From contig CM097885.1 of assembly GCA_044892525.1 (NCBI GenBank), forward strand, positions 42,720,001 through 42,784,000: DNA of 64,000 nt, written 5' to 3'. The stretch comes from Schmidtea polychroa. Its lineage: Eukaryota. This document shows positions 1 through 62,996 of this stretch, one piece after another. How positions within the stretch are numbered: position 1 is the first letter of the stretch; every line of letters starts with the position of its first letter. The translations under genes and the position numbers were made by a program. Under the pieces are notes generated by a model. The model saw nothing but the letters and a program-made list of their open reading frames with translations, was not told the origin of the DNA and searched no databases.

Positions 1-471
1 CCATCACTCAAACTCCTCGGAAGTAAGAAACAAAGGCGGAAATTTGATAATTGTTAACTTGTGATTGTGCTTCTGTTATCTGCAGCATTCGCTTTCCCTT
101 CTTGTTAACCTTGCAATTCTCGGGTAAACTATCTGTCTAACGCCCCCACCCCCCACGAGCCGCTTTGGGGTTTATACAGACAAATACGCATTAACATCTC
201 ATCTGGCCTTGTCTACTGTTCTGAAAGCAGGAACTTCCACCATTATTTGAGCCTTCTACGCCACACTTTAGCACTCCCAGATAAATCACGGAACCATTGT
301 GCATATGCATTTCTTGTCACTTGACATCTCGAAATTCGCAACGTTTATAAGATTAGTTATCCTATCAGAACACAACTTTACCAATCAATTTCTGAATACC
401 ATTCCCAATCCAATGTCTAACAGTAATAACTGATTCTTAATCAAAATAAAAATTTTTATATTGAAATAATA

Positions 472-612
472 ATATTGAAATTGATATTGAAATTGATATT
501 GAAATTGATATTGAAATTGATATTGAAATTGATATTGAAATTGATATTGAAATTGATTTTGAAATTGATATTGAAATTGATATTGAAATTGATATTGAAA
601 TTGATATTGAAA
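472..612. repeat. 12-bp tandem repeat (ATATTGAAATTG)n, intronic
   Basis: About 11 near-perfect copies are visible. They explain the spurious ISIS/LKLI ORFs. Confidence 0.95.
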
Positions 613-689
613 TCAATAATGAAATTATTTTTGAAATTACTTTTGAAATTACTATTGAAATCATTTATTTTAAAACATCATTTGAATAG

Positions 690-1445
690 GGAGCACTTTT
701 AAGTAATGTTCTCTGCAACCCAATATATCTTGACAGTATCACAATCGGATCTATATTTCATCATGAACATTCAGTAAGAGCTTTGTATGATAGAGCAAGA
801 GGTGTAACAGAAGAGTTAGAATGGCTCAATGGAAATGTTATACAAAGCGAAGAATGCGAACAAGGCGAGTTGCAAATCATCCTGGACACCAGTGACTGTT
901 TCCAAGTGAATAATCCCTTCATCCTGACTGTGAGCAACCAAGATGACCGATGTCCAGGGAAAGCATCCAATTTCAGGTAACAAATAGTGATGTGATGAAA
1001 TTGGCCCCGTGAATGAGTGATTGCTTTATTGTCTAGCATCAATTGGATCCTCGGTGAGGAATCATATGAGATCATATCTACCTCCAAAGGTGTGACATTA
1101 CAAAATGCTCCATCGCGACTGTGCAAGCACAATCTTTTTACCAAGTTCCTCTCGATATTCAATTGGCTGCCGCTACTCAACAGCTCCGATAACAACTATT
1201 ACCAATATAATGTCATGAAGAGCCTCTCTAATGTTCCCGATTACGCGCTCGGAGCTGTCAATTACCAAAAGAAAAAGATTTGCCTCTTCAAATATTTCGA
1301 TAAACAAAATTTTGGCCTTTGGATTGGGAAACCGATTGAGCAGGATTGGTTTTCTGTGCGATACCCCGCTGGCGCTACGATAGGCACTGTCACTGCTGGT
1401 GCTGTCACAACTGGAGCTGCAGCTGTGCCGGATGAGGAGAACTGA
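690..1445 (+). CDS. ADAR: ADAR-family double-stranded RNA adenosine deaminase, last two exons (690-976, 1037-1445)
   Basis: After AG at 688-689 the frame reads GALLSNVLCNPIYLDSITIGSIFHHEHSVRALYDR...CPGKASNF. A GT-AG intron (977-1036) joins it to SINWILGEESYEII...SRLCKHNLF...YQKKK...FGLWIGKPIEQDWF. These match the ADAR deaminase C-terminal motifs (GALLS..PIY..SI.LGS.YH..HL.RA; PGKAPNFSVNW; SRLCK; W..KP.EQD.F). Upstream exons were not found in the window. Confidence 0.9.
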
Positions 1446-1794
1446 CCGTGTATCTCGGTTGCTATTGGTAACCATTATATTTGATCTTTTTTTCTCTTGT
1501 GCGTTTTATATTTGCTGTCAATATCTGCAGTTTTGCTATTATTTGATACGATTTTTTGCGCAATTGATTGATTGTGTGTTTGATGTTTTTTGTCTGGCAT
1601 TGATCGGGATTATTATCAATCAATTATCAACAAGTTTCTCTTCTGATTTATTATTGATTTTTACTAGCATTTATTAACCATTATCGATTATTATTTATAT
1701 TGATTATTTCATTACTATTAACGATTATTTATTACTAATATTCATTATTATCATTATTAATTTTATTATTAATGATTTTGATATTTATTGAAAT

Positions 1795-3390
1795 CAGTGG
1801 CGGATTTAGATTTTGGTGCCTGGGGGCGAGGAAAATTTTCAGGGGGCGCCACAAATTATGAAGATGGTACTACTTATTTTCGCGACTATTGAGTGAATAC
1901 TAATATTATTAAAAGGCATTATATTCAGTAAATCTATTGATGTAGCAAACATTCAAGTTTATTTATTATTTAAATTGCTTCCTGCGTGATTTCATTGAAG
2001 CAAAACGATTTATAGTCGATTCAAAGTTAATTAATGCTGATCCAGAAGTTCGTTTGTTATTTGTTCGCAAATAATTTTTGATGATTTTCAGTCTACTGAA
2101 CAAAGATGGCAGTTGGTGAAAGTGTCTTTATCTTAGTTTGAAGACCATTTTTATAACAGAGGCACCATCATATGCCTGTCCTCTACAAAGTGTAATGTCA
2201 ATGTTGCGCTTTTGTAACTCCGTTAATAATATATTAGAAAATGCTGCGGCATTACTGTTTTCCAACATGTAGGAGCCTATAAATCGTTCAACAACTTGTC
2301 CTGATTTTAACACTAATCTTAAAGAAACTGACATCTGATCAACTCTGGATATATCAATTGTTGAATCAACAATTAGAGAAAAGAATTGTGCAAACCTAAC
2401 TTCATTATCAATATTTGCGGATAATTCTTAGGCAAGTTATTGAATTAGGTCATTTTGTGCATCATGACATAAATAAAGTTCATTTTTCTTTTCAAACTTT
2501 AGATGATTGTCCAAAGTGGAATCATATTTAGCCAATAAAAATAGCAATTCACGAAAATTTCCAGTATTACTAAACTTGTCAGATCCAGAATGTTCTCTGT
2601 GTCCTCTAAATGACAAACCTTGTTTTGCTAAAAACAACGTTGCATCTACCATTCGTTTTAAAACTTCTCTATTTTTTCCACTTGATAACGCTCCTGCTGA
2701 TCAAACCAGATATCACAGTTTTATCATTTGAAATGCGATATTTAGCCACCAAATATTGACATTGCATTTTGATGTTGATTGGAAGATTCATGTTTAACGA
2801 TTTTTTCCATGCCTTTTTTCCAGTTATAAACACCAAAATTTGGGTCGGACCATTCCTTGCTATAATTTTCAGTTTTACAATCAGAGAATAACCAGCAAGC
2901 TTGGCAATGCATTTTTTGATTTGTTGGTGAATAGACAAGCCAATTTCTTTCCTCCTTCATACTACATTTTCCAAAACATTTTGTGTACCAAGAAATTTGA
3001 AACTTGCGCCCCAATTCATCTGTCGGAAATTGAAATGGTTCATTGAGTCCAGGTTGACATGGTCCGATTTCAAACAATTTTCGTATCAGTTTCGAGCTTA
3101 TGCTCGTATTAATGTAGAGTCCTGGATCTGTAGGAAAGTCGGATTGAGGAAGAAGTGGTTCTTGTAAAATATCTGAAGCAAGTTGTTTTTCCACTGTATC
3201 AAATACTGAATCACCCTGATTATGTTTCAAGCCCTGAACAGATAATGTTACCGTCTCAGTATTCTCTGCTCATGAATGTATTGCTGGGTGTTGTTCATCA
3301 ACTACAGATAGTACTTGCTCATCTTCAACAAGAACTTCAGATGATGTTTTTGTCTCAGCAGGCTCAGCACAGGAACTCGAATGCGTAGAT
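1795..3390 (-). mobile_element. Degraded hAT DNA transposon (ZMYM1/DUF4371-type transposase), one TIR visible
   Basis: A CAGTGGCGGATTTAG end lies at 1795. Minus-strand fragments include a TTF-type Zn finger (RNWLVYS..CQACWLF), LFLAKQGLSFRGH..GNFRELL, VDSTIDISRVDQMS, CRGQAYDGAS and a dimerisation-domain remnant FSRLKIIKNYLR. There are frameshifts and an internal deletion. Confidence 0.85.
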
Positions 3391-3879
3391 GGGTGTTGAT
3401 ATTATTCATTATATTTATTGAATAATTTAAGATTATTTTGCATATAAATTGAATTTGTTGTACAAAGGTAGAATTATATATCCACCATTCATAATAACTT
3501 GTTTGAATAAGGAATGATGAGAGAATTCACGGAGATGCTAGATATAATATCATCACCAAACAAATACACAGATAGAAATGGGGATTTGAGAGCTAATAAA
3601 TGATATAAATAGATCGAGGAATTGAGTGACAGACTAAACGGGGAAAACTTCTATAAAAGGACAATATGATGAATTTGGAAGATTCTAAAAAATTTAATTA
3701 GAAATTTAATAATGTTTATTGAAAAAATATTTCTATTGGAAGATTGAAATTGATTTAAATAACAAACGATTAGAAGATATTAAAATTTTTACGAGACATT
3801 TGAAGATTCATGAAAAGTTATTAATGTTTTAACGGATATCTGTCAAATGTACTTATTCTCTATTAAACTAAAACACCTA

Positions 3880-4720
3880 TTCCTTAAACTTTCCAATTCG
3901 TGATTGCTGGGTCCTTATCATTGCCGGTAAAGGAATGTCAAGTTTGCAATCCTTAACTTCAAGAAAAAAATCATATTAATGCAGAAATTAAATTCCAGCC
4001 TGCATTTCTCTGATACTGTATACAAGAGCTTGTGAATTTTCGATTTAGATAGATCCAGCATTGTTTGACTAATTTAGCTTTTTTACGGTTGCGTATCGGC
4101 TCGTTTGGGCTTCCAAAGACAATTCGATAATAATAAATACAAATAGTATAAAAATAATTACTATAACTAGATCATAATTAAAATTAGCAATTAAATACTA
4201 ATAAATATAAATAGTAATTTTTATTCTAATTATGAGAATTAGGATAAGAAGGATTAATTTTGATAGAGAAAGGACGACGATAGCAACAGGTTGAAAGCAA
4301 AGTGAATAAGGAACTGCTAGAGATTAATTGAATCATGAATTAAAGGAATAGATTGGAATTATATTTTTCGTATTTAAAGCATAGCAAGAAAAGTAGTACT
4401 CAGTACTGAAAATTAATTTGAAAAATTATCAAGCCGATTTGAAAAAAACATTATTGGAAGAACACATCTTTTCCACTGCAAGAGTGAAATCATTCAAATA
4501 ATCATACAAACGATCATAGATATCGATTTAAACTTTCATACTGTAACCATATGGAAGTGTTTCATTGTTAGAATTCATAAAATCATTTAATACATCATCC
4601 AAATTATCATACACCCAAGTAAAGTCAGCATACGGAAGCTTTTGGTTAAACAAATTAATTATACAGATTATTAATACATTCATACAATGGCTCAGTATAC
4701 TCTGAAGCAGCATCATAAAT
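3880..4720 (-). pseudogene. Highly degraded Polinton-type protein-primed DNA polymerase B fragments
   Basis: The minus strand gives QKLPYADFTW..YGY (4528-4716), QTMLDLSK (~4040-4075) and FFLEVKDCKLDIPLPAMIR..IGKFKE (~3880-3970). These are collinear with the pPolB at 44541-45965 (QPLPCGEFSW; QSVLDLSK; FLEVMNCKLEVLLPAMIR; IGKFKDE). Confidence 0.7.
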
Positions 4721-6795
4721 TTTGTTAGGAAATGTTAATCTACCTCGTATTCCTTTCTCATAGAAATAAAAAAATTATTATCAAGTAGAAATTCTATAGG
4801 TTCTTGTAATATCATGAGTACTGATTCTCATTACTTTCGGGAATTCCATAGATATTCAGAGATTCTAGGTTATTATAAGGAATTGTTTCGGAACTGAATT
4901 GTTGAAAATAATCCCCAAGGAGGAATACATCTAACTTGAGGTTGAATAGATTTTCACATGATATCTAATGTGTTAGCATACTTTTGATGAGTGTAGATTT
5001 ACTGAAACTTTGTATATTTATCCATAGTTACCACATACTACATAGGTATCAATTCAAGAGTTATCTCGAGAATATAAAATGTGGAACAAAATTATAAGGA
5101 AAGATACCCTTTGTTGACATAATTGCAACATCAAAAGGAGAAGAAATTAATGAAAACTCAGAAAGCCTATTAACATCCTTTGCTTAAGAAGAAATAAATG
5201 ACTGTAGTGCTATCTATAATTTTAACAGGTAATTTGTTAATATAAGCTGAGTGATATGAATTTCGTAATAGTTGTCGGAATAATATTCAAGTCGGAAGAA
5301 GGAAAATTATTGCAATCATACTTCAAAAGGAAATGGTCATACCCTCTTAAATTATCACAAACTATAATTAATTAATTACGTCGTAGACAAGTAACATCGA
5401 GATACTAACCTGAGAATGGTCATGATCCTTAGCTTTATCTTGTATCGGGTTTACACAAATAAAAATTCCAACACTCAATAAAGATAGAGATTGCATCGGC
5501 TTTTCCATGGAATTTTATAATAAGGATGTATTTTTGCCGGGGCCATTTCCTCAAACTCAGTCAAAAAATCATTTAAACAGTCATCCCCAATAAATTTATA
5601 GTACTCTGTAGTATTATTATAATTATTGATTAATAAGAGAAGTAACTATAATTGGAATATGTCTTTGGTAATGTAATACATCTTTCGGTAGATATCGCAA
5701 AAGGTTGTGTTAATTCATGGCGGCATTCTCAAATGTTAAACTGTTATGTTAAGGTAGTATGTACAAGGCGAAACTTACTTGGCTGATCAATCATGAGTTT
5801 AAGTGTCGCGTCTGTGTTCATTTTGTTTTCGGAAATTGAATTTTTTTGTGTGTGCGCACATAGACGCGAAAAAGGTATTATGAATTTTATTTGTGTTTAA
5901 GTTTCGATTTGTTATGAATTTTGAATTATTTTGGATATTTGGACATTTATTTTTTGATTTGGAAGTTTGTTTTAAAAAGTTAAAAAAAGGAATGTCTGAA
6001 CGGAATTTGGAATATGAAGATTTTGAGGATTTGGAAAGATTAAAGATTGTTGAATAGAGCGAATTTGTTATTTGCTCACCTGAACTTTATGATGTGTTAA
6101 CTGAAAGCAAAATCGAATTGCTAATCCACGATGGCAGTGATGGATCTAAGTCTGCGATGACATAGTGCCATATGGGTGTTAAAAGCGTTTCAAAAATAAA
6201 TGTATCGAAGCACCTCTAAACGACTAATAGGTGTGAATTTCGTCAAGAAAAAACTTATTTCCTTAATTTTTAAAACTCTCCGGCTTTGTTTTAAGCACAT
6301 ATGAAAAATTCGATGCAATTGAACCTAATACAGTAATATGTTCCCATAAGTTTATGGCATGATCAATTATGCCCGATTCCTTATACAATGTCGAGGATAT
6401 AATGAACCTGATAAATAAATATAAATTATTACTATATAAATCATTATTATCATCTTTATTATGAAAATCAATATTTTTGATATTATAAAATTCGTAAAAT
6501 ATTGGATATAGATTGCATATCTGTTACAATGTCTTTATTATTATTATCACTACTATCAAAATCACTTGAAAAAGGCAAGCCGAAAATTCGTGAATTTCAA
6601 AAAATCATCGATATCTTTACTGATGCCTAGTCAAGCCTTTTAATTAATACAATGTCAATTGAAAAGAAATCACTGGTGAAAATTGAAAAAAAGAAATTCT
6701 TATAATACTACAAACTATTATTATTAGATAATCTCATTAATATCAAATGGTGCATTCGTATTGAATTATAGTCTTTGTTAATATTAGATTTGGAG

Positions 6796-6800
6796 TTATT

Positions 6801-6898
<98 letters not shown>

Positions 6899-6906
6899 CA
6901 TTATTA
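6796..6906. repeat. (TTA)n microsatellite
   Basis: Seen directly in the sequence. Confidence 0.95.
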
Positions 6907-7203
6907 TCCAGTAGCATAGCAGTATCTGGACAAGCCTACATAGTTTCATTTCAATCTTGAAAAGATAAAAACATTGTTTTGTTTTCCGGTTGCTTCATTA
7001 CAATATATTATCATTTGCAATTCACATTAAGCTAATATTTCTTGTTTATAATTAAAAACTTGCACACGTCTTTGTTAATCATGCACTTGTATTGAACTTA
7101 TTTAATATTAAAACTATATAGTATGTGTGTCTGTGACCTAATTATTTATTATAGTGGTCTGAATTTATATATTTTACAGACTTCCTATCATTTATTTTGT
7201 TAT

Positions 7204-7324
7204 AGTTATGATGTCTTCAACTTCTAAATTCATAAAATCAATAAATCAATAATAAATGCAGTTAAAATATATTTTCCAAAAACACGCTAAACAATATTAT
7301 TGAAACAAACAACTTTCCATAACT
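7204..7324 (-). repeat. 3' LTR of Gypsy A (121 bp)
   Basis: Direct repeat of 11877-11999, differing by a 2-bp indel and about one substitution. Confidence 0.95.
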
Positions 7325-7334
7325 CTCCCCTTCT

Positions 7335-10300
7335 TTAAGGAACTGCCCATCTCTTAAGCCATTCAATTCGTCTGAGTTTCTTTGTCGTCCCGTCACTCAA
7401 TTCCACCTGGTGTTCCGACAAAAACTTTGATATGACATAAGGACCTTCATACTGTAGTCCATCTTTGTCGCGATTTTGTGGTTCTTTCCGAACTAATACT
7501 TTCTCCCCCACCGTGAAACATCGATTCGTTCTCTTCTCTGTTTCCATCTCTTTCATTCGTTTAGCTGCTTTCTCACTGTTCTCTCTTACCAATCTATGTA
7601 TCTCAACTGTATCCAATGTCGTCTGAGGCAATGTTGAATGAAGGTTAATCTTCCTCCCAAAAACAATTTCAAATGGAGAAAATCCCGTCGCGCTCTGTTG
7701 TGTCACGTTGATACAAAATTCTATTCGAGGAAGTAACTCCGCCCAATTTCGCTCTCCTAGTCCACCTGCTAATTATGTTGCCAGCAAGTCTCTGACTGTC
7801 CGTATTGTTCTCTCAACTAAACCGTTAGATTGATGCTGATATGGTGAGCTGAACTGTTGCGTAATACCCAGTCTTCCTAGATTTGTTTTCATAAAATCGC
7901 TATCGAAGTTCTTCCCTCTGTCTGACAGACAATTTCGCGGTTTTCCGAAACGGTATATCCACTTCTCCAATATGGCTTTGAAAATCGATCTCTTGTCTTG
8001 TCTTCCAGTGCGGTCAGACTGACCATTTTGCTAAAACGATCAATGATAACTAGCATATACTTGTACACTCCACCATTCTTCATGTGTGCTATATCAATGA
8101 CCAACTGCTTTAAAAATTCTGAACTTATTATCGGCAACAATCGTTCCTTTGTCTTCTCCTGCACTATTTTCCTTCTGCAGCATATCTCACATACTCTCAA
8201 ACAGTTTTGTATAGTTTCTTGCATGTTTGGCCAAAAAAATATGTTGCTCATATAGCTAATTAACTTCTTTATTCCAATGTGACACATTTCAGTATGTATT
8301 CCTTTAACTAACGTATTTGAGTAGTCTATCGGCACCAGAATGACATCTTTACCATTCTTCTCTAATAATAAAAACCCATCTTCTAATTTTATGTTGTTAT
8401 GCAAATTGAAAGGAAATTTCTTTTTATTCAAGTCATTTTTTTCTCTTCTCCCTGTAACACTCTTGTCATGTGAATGAAATCTACATCATCTTGTTGCTTT
8501 TCTAAGAGTTTTGTCATCGACTCAGTCTTCTGTAATGAGCTGATATGTCTTACTCTGGCTTTTTCTTCTTTTGCGTCTTCATGTCTAGTCTGGCATTGTG
8601 CACATAACATCCCTTTAATCCTTGATATTCCGTCCGCATTTCCATGTTTATCTCCTTTCCTATATTGAAGATCGAAATCATATCCGGAAAGGTTGGCTAG
8701 CCAGGTTTGAAATTGCGGGCTTATCGGTTTTTTTGTGTATCTCATGAAAACCAACGCCTTGTGATCCGTTCGTACTACAAATGACTTTCCGTATAGATAT
8801 TGTTTAAAATACATTACATATTCGTGTATAGCCAGTAACTCCTTCCTAGTCACACAATAACCTTTTTCATGCGCGGTCAAGTGTCTCGACCCGTATGCAA
8901 TTACCACTTCAGTACCATCTTCTTTAGCTTGACATAAAACTGCTCCGATGGCCCCAAAACTAGCGTCTGTATCCAGAATAAAGTTTCTATCCATTCTTGG
9001 GTAATCTAGAATTGGAGCTTCACACAACTTTGTTTTAAGTAATTCAAAACTATTGTTGCAATCTTCTGACCAATTAATCTTTTTCTCACAGCCGGACGTA
9101 GCTGCATGTAGAGGTTCCGCAATTTTCGCACAGTCTTTTATAAACTTCCTATAGTAATTGGTCATACCTAAAAAGGATCTTAATTGTTTGGCGCATACTG
9201 GTATTTCTGCATCTTGAATCTCTTTAATCTTCTTGTCGTTCGTTTTTATCCTACTTGCACTTACAGTGTGCCCTAGGAATGTCAATTCTTCTTTATACAG
9301 ATTACATTTTTATGGGTTAATTCTCAACCCCGCTAGTTGAATTCTTCTGAATACTTCCTCTAATCGGTTATTGTGTTCCTCTGTGTCTTTTCCATAGACA
9401 AGAATGTCGTCGAGGTAGACAACAACACCCTTAAATAATATTCCATCCAACATTGAGTGCATCATTCTTTGAAACGTCGCAGGGGCTGTTGCTAGTCCAA
9501 AAGGAAGTCGGTTAAAACAAAACTGTCCTTGCCTTGTACTGAAAGCCGTGACCTCTTGAATTTCCTTCGCCATTCCAACTTGATAATATGCTTGACCTAG
9601 ATCGATGGATGTGAAATATTTTGAATCTGCCAGACAATCCAGTAGAAATCGTGTATCTGGCATTGGAAAAGATATCTTTTCAGTGATCGCATTCAACCCT
9701 CTATAGTCGACACACATCCTTATTGATCCATCTTTCTTAGCCACAATCACTAGTGGCGCGTTCCATGCACTTTTGCATTTTCTAACAACTCTCGCTTCTA
9801 ATAAGTTTGTGACAAGTTCGTCAAGCTTTTGTTCTAAATGCATTGGTTGTCTTCTTGTCTGTAACATTACAGGCCCACCTACTCTATTCATTTCATGTTG
9901 AACAACTTTCGTAAACCCGAGATCAAACGTTGAAGCCATAAAAATACCTTTGAACTTCCGTAGCAATATATCTAACTGTTCATTCTTCCTGTCTCCAAGC
10001 ATTAATAATGCTTTCTCTTCCCGTTTGTGAGTCCACATATGTCCTCCCTACTTGTGACGCTTCAATATTGTCCACCTCTACCAGTCGAAAACCAAATCTC
10101 TCCATTGTATCTGGATGAAATGAAATCTGGACGTATATCTTTGACAACTATAACATTAATAATTCTTTTTTTCCCATTCCAATCAGCTTCTATCGTTATT
10201 GCTCCTAACGGTCTTTCCATTCCCGACGAAAATACTCCACAAAGAGAAATTGTGCTCTGCTTCAACCTCGGTTTCCCGATCTTTGTCCAACTTTTTCCAC

Positions 10301-10490
10301 TCATAACTGATACTGACGCTCCAGAGTCCCAAAGCATGTCAATCGCCGTCATGTTTATTACAATCTTACTCCACTTTCTTCTGTCTGTCGTCTCATACAT
10401 CTTCTGCATCATGTCTTCATTTCGCTTCTTTCTACTGATTATTGTGTCGACCCCACTGACGAAATGAAAGCAATGGGATCGTCCTTGTTT
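7335..10490 (-). pseudogene. Gypsy A pol (PR-RT-RH-IN), broken by several stops and frameshifts
   Basis: ORFs 10062-10412, 9310-10038, 8428-9285, 7889-8431, 7773-7970 and 7335-7706 are collinear with the Gypsy B pol. Confidence 0.9.
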
Positions 10491-11906
10491 TTTGGTTTAT
10501 CCATTGATTTTTTTATCGTTTCTTCGTAATTACTGTATAAATATTTACTGTATAAATTACTGTACTGTATAAATATTTCTTTTGTGATCTTCTTCGTAAA
10601 TACATGCCACTCTCTTCTGATATCCATTTCTATTTTTAAGCAAAAAACAATCTCTGAATCCATGACCTTCTTTTCCACAGATTAGAAATTTGTCTTTCAT
10701 AGGACATTCAAAACGCCGGTGCCCTTTTTCTCCACAACAAAAACACTGACCTGGTGTCAGTTTCACTGGATGAGGCGAATCTCTTCCTTTGCTGTCATTA
10801 AATAACCTTCTTGCAATATCTTTAAGCGATACTGTAGGTATTCTTCTCTCTGGTTCTCCTGTCTCGTATCGTCCTCTATACCGCTCATTTTCATTCTTGT
10901 CTTCATTTACAATTGGTACAAACCGACCATTACCAAGTCTATTTCTCTCATGATTAATCTCTCGGTGTTCGTCGCGTTGATGTGCAGCTGTCTTCACAAT
11001 TGTTCTTTGGTCTCGTCTACCCTCGAATTTACCATTTTTCATCACTGATGCGTATCTCATGAAAACCAACGCCTTTTGATCCGTTCGTACTACAAATGAC
11101 TTTCCGTATAGATATTGTTTAAAATACATTACATATTTGTGTATAGCCAGTAACTCCTTCCTAGTCACACAATAACCTTCTTCATGCGCGGTCAAGTGTC
11201 TCGACCCGTATGCAATTACCACTTCAGTACCATCTTCTTTAGCTTGACATAAAACTGCTCCGATATAAAAACTCTTCTTATGGCATCAATATTGAATTTA
11301 TTGTCATTCATCATCTGGATCTTCTCCTGAATTTTTGCCATATCCCTGGCATCTTCAAAACTTGTCACTTTCCCTGATAAGAATATTTACTCTATCGTCT
11401 TTCGCTCTGTTTGAAATAATGTCTCGAACAATCTGTTCCTCAGACATTCCAGATCTAAATACACTTTTAACTAAACTTCTTACTCGTATTTCGAAGACTT
11501 GGAATCTTTCATCTCTCTCTTGCTGAATTTGAGCTAGTTCTACAATCTTGTTAGTAATGGTTTTCCTTACTGTAAAAGTTTCTATAAACCACTCTTTTGC
11601 CATTTCATCGGTCATCTTCGCTAGTTTCGCCGCTTCCCATAACATCGATGCCGCATCTGTCAACAAAAGATCCAATGCGTCTACTAGACTTTGATCTTCT
11701 ATTCTCAGCCATTCCATAATATCCTTTAGCCAAAGTTCGGCTTCAGATCCAACTTTTCCGTCAAACTTTCTTACATTAAAATTTAGCATCTCACGTGCTT
11801 GTTTTGACAAGGAATCTAACATATTCTTAGTTCCTTTCTTTTTTCCTATCGCATTGATTTCCTTGGCGTGGTCGCCAGTTATGATGTCTTCAACTTCTAA
11901 ATTCAT
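10439..11906 (-). pseudogene. Gypsy A gag (frameshifted, with an inserted RNase H segment)
   Basis: ORFs 11355-11906, 10557-11222 and 10439-10678 carry the Zn knuckle CFCCGEKGHRRFEC and are homologous to the Gypsy B gag. Confidence 0.9.
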
Positions 11907-11999
11907 AAAATCAATAAATCAATAATAAATGCAGTTAAAATATATTTTCCAAAAACACGCTAAATCCAATATTATTAAAACAAACAACTTTCCATAACT
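11877..11999 (-). repeat. 5' LTR of Gypsy A (123 bp)
   Basis: Direct repeat of 7204-7324, adjacent to the PBS. Confidence 0.95.
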
Positions 12000-12292
12000 G
12001 TTATAATATTTTACCATTTTTATAATGCATTGTCAGTAAAATGTAACCAGGGGTTCCGAACCTCTTAGTTGGATTGAAATTATATCACACATCATTATCA
12101 AAAAACCGAATAAAAAGAGATTGTATTTATTTTTGAAAACACAAATCTAACATTAGAAACTTTCAGGATTCTATAAGATTTATATTTGAAATATTTCTCA
12201 CCTCGAAAAATGAAATAATGGAAAAAAATAAAAGGATATGAAAATAATTTCAATCACAAGAAATTTGTTGTTATTTGCATATAGAAGTTGCC

Positions 12293-59832
<47,540 letters not shown>

Positions 59833-60744
59833 AGAAAATGATGTTTAACATATATTGTTTCTCATGACCATAGAACCTTTTCCAAAACATATCATTACAT
59901 TATGTATTGTTTTAATATGAACTTTCATGGACATAATCTTGATAACATTTCTTTATTTGATTTATCATGTAAATATTTATTATAAACAATATTGAGTTTT
60001 ATTTTGTTTGATGCCTTCCGCTTGTTATTATGTGTATATTTGGAGGAAATGTTGCAAAGGTTTGTTGTGAGTAGCTCAAGAGAGATTGAAAGGGATTTAT
60101 ATGTGGGAATGAATTCCAGGAATTATTATTACATACATTACAAACCTAAAACTACAGAAATATTATAGTTCCGTAATTCAATGTCAGCCATATTGAATCT
60201 ACTATTTTTCATTTTATAAATGTTGATGGAAATCATATCCAGATATCTTTTTAATAGACATACTCTCGATCAGATTCTAGCCATAACATATCGTGACCCT
60301 TCCCTGTAAGGAGTATAAAAAAAATCTGAATGTCATACCAACCCACATTAAACATCATAAGCCATCCCTAGACTACCCTTAGAAATCCTTGAAGTCAGTC
60401 TCATTTCTAAATGTACAATTACGCAATCTTTGACAATATAACAAAACATTTATTAGCATAACCATATTCCACTGAACGAGATTGATCACAAAGGACAAGA
60501 AAAGACGTCACAAAACTATACAATAAATCCAAATTATCTGTATCTTGCTGCACAATAAATTAATTATAACTGGGAGAATTGAGATCTTTCCATCTAAATA
60601 TAGGAGAACATCATAAACAATAATAATATCACAACATCGAATATATGGAGATTTCGGACACAACAAAAGACAGAGATTCGACTGTAAAACAAGAACGATG
60701 TCATTAATTAAAGAATAAAAAATTTTAAAAATTATCAAATTCCC

Positions 60745-62237
<1,493 letters not shown>

Positions 62238-62301
62238 AAATACAATGGAAAATAAATCAGTGGTGAAATTTGAAAAAAAGTTCTTATAATATAATAATAA
62301 T

Positions 62302-62366
<65 letters not shown>

Positions 62367-62496
62367 CAAATTTACCCGTATGCTGATTTTTAATGTTGTA
62401 TGAAATAAAATAATTTAATATAGAAAGTGAGAAAGTAGTAGAAACAATAATTTTATATTTACAACTATTTTATCCACCAGATTACAAAAATGCTTT

Positions 62497-62996
62497 NNNN
62501 NNNNNNNNNNNNNNNNNNNNNNNNNNNNNNNNNNNNNNNNNNNNNNNNNNNNNNNNNNNNNNNNNNNNNNNNNNNNNNNNNNNNNNNNNNNNNNNNNNNN
62601 NNNNNNNNNNNNNNNNNNNNNNNNNNNNNNNNNNNNNNNNNNNNNNNNNNNNNNNNNNNNNNNNNNNNNNNNNNNNNNNNNNNNNNNNNNNNNNNNNNNN
62701 NNNNNNNNNNNNNNNNNNNNNNNNNNNNNNNNNNNNNNNNNNNNNNNNNNNNNNNNNNNNNNNNNNNNNNNNNNNNNNNNNNNNNNNNNNNNNNNNNNNN
62801 NNNNNNNNNNNNNNNNNNNNNNNNNNNNNNNNNNNNNNNNNNNNNNNNNNNNNNNNNNNNNNNNNNNNNNNNNNNNNNNNNNNNNNNNNNNNNNNNNNNN
62901 NNNNNNNNNNNNNNNNNNNNNNNNNNNNNNNNNNNNNNNNNNNNNNNNNNNNNNNNNNNNNNNNNNNNNNNNNNNNNNNNNNNNNNNNNNNNNNNN
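62497..62996. other. Assembly gap (500 N)
   Basis: A run of N. Confidence 1.

Larger units (their letters stand above)
7204..11999 (-). mobile_element. Gypsy/Ty3 LTR retrotransposon A, full length but frameshifted
   Basis: LTRs at 7204-7324 and 11877-11999 have AGTTA...TAACT ends. A GTTAT TSD lies at 7199-7203 and 12000-12004. The PBS TGGCGACCACGCC follows the 5' LTR and the PPT AGAAGGGGAG precedes the 3' LTR. The domain order is gag (CCHC), protease (WDSGAS), RT (YLDD), RNase H (DTDAS) and integrase (HHCC, SDRG, GPY). Confidence 0.95.

Noticed and set aside
437..702. ISIS/LKLI ORFs
   Set aside because: These are translations of a 12-bp tandem repeat in an intron.
761..1475. Minus-strand ORFs overlapping the ADAR exons
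   Set aside because: Antisense shadows with no recognisable motifs.
5960..6250. Possible integrase zinc-finger relic (CHMG)
   Set aside because: Too degraded (multiple stops) to assign.
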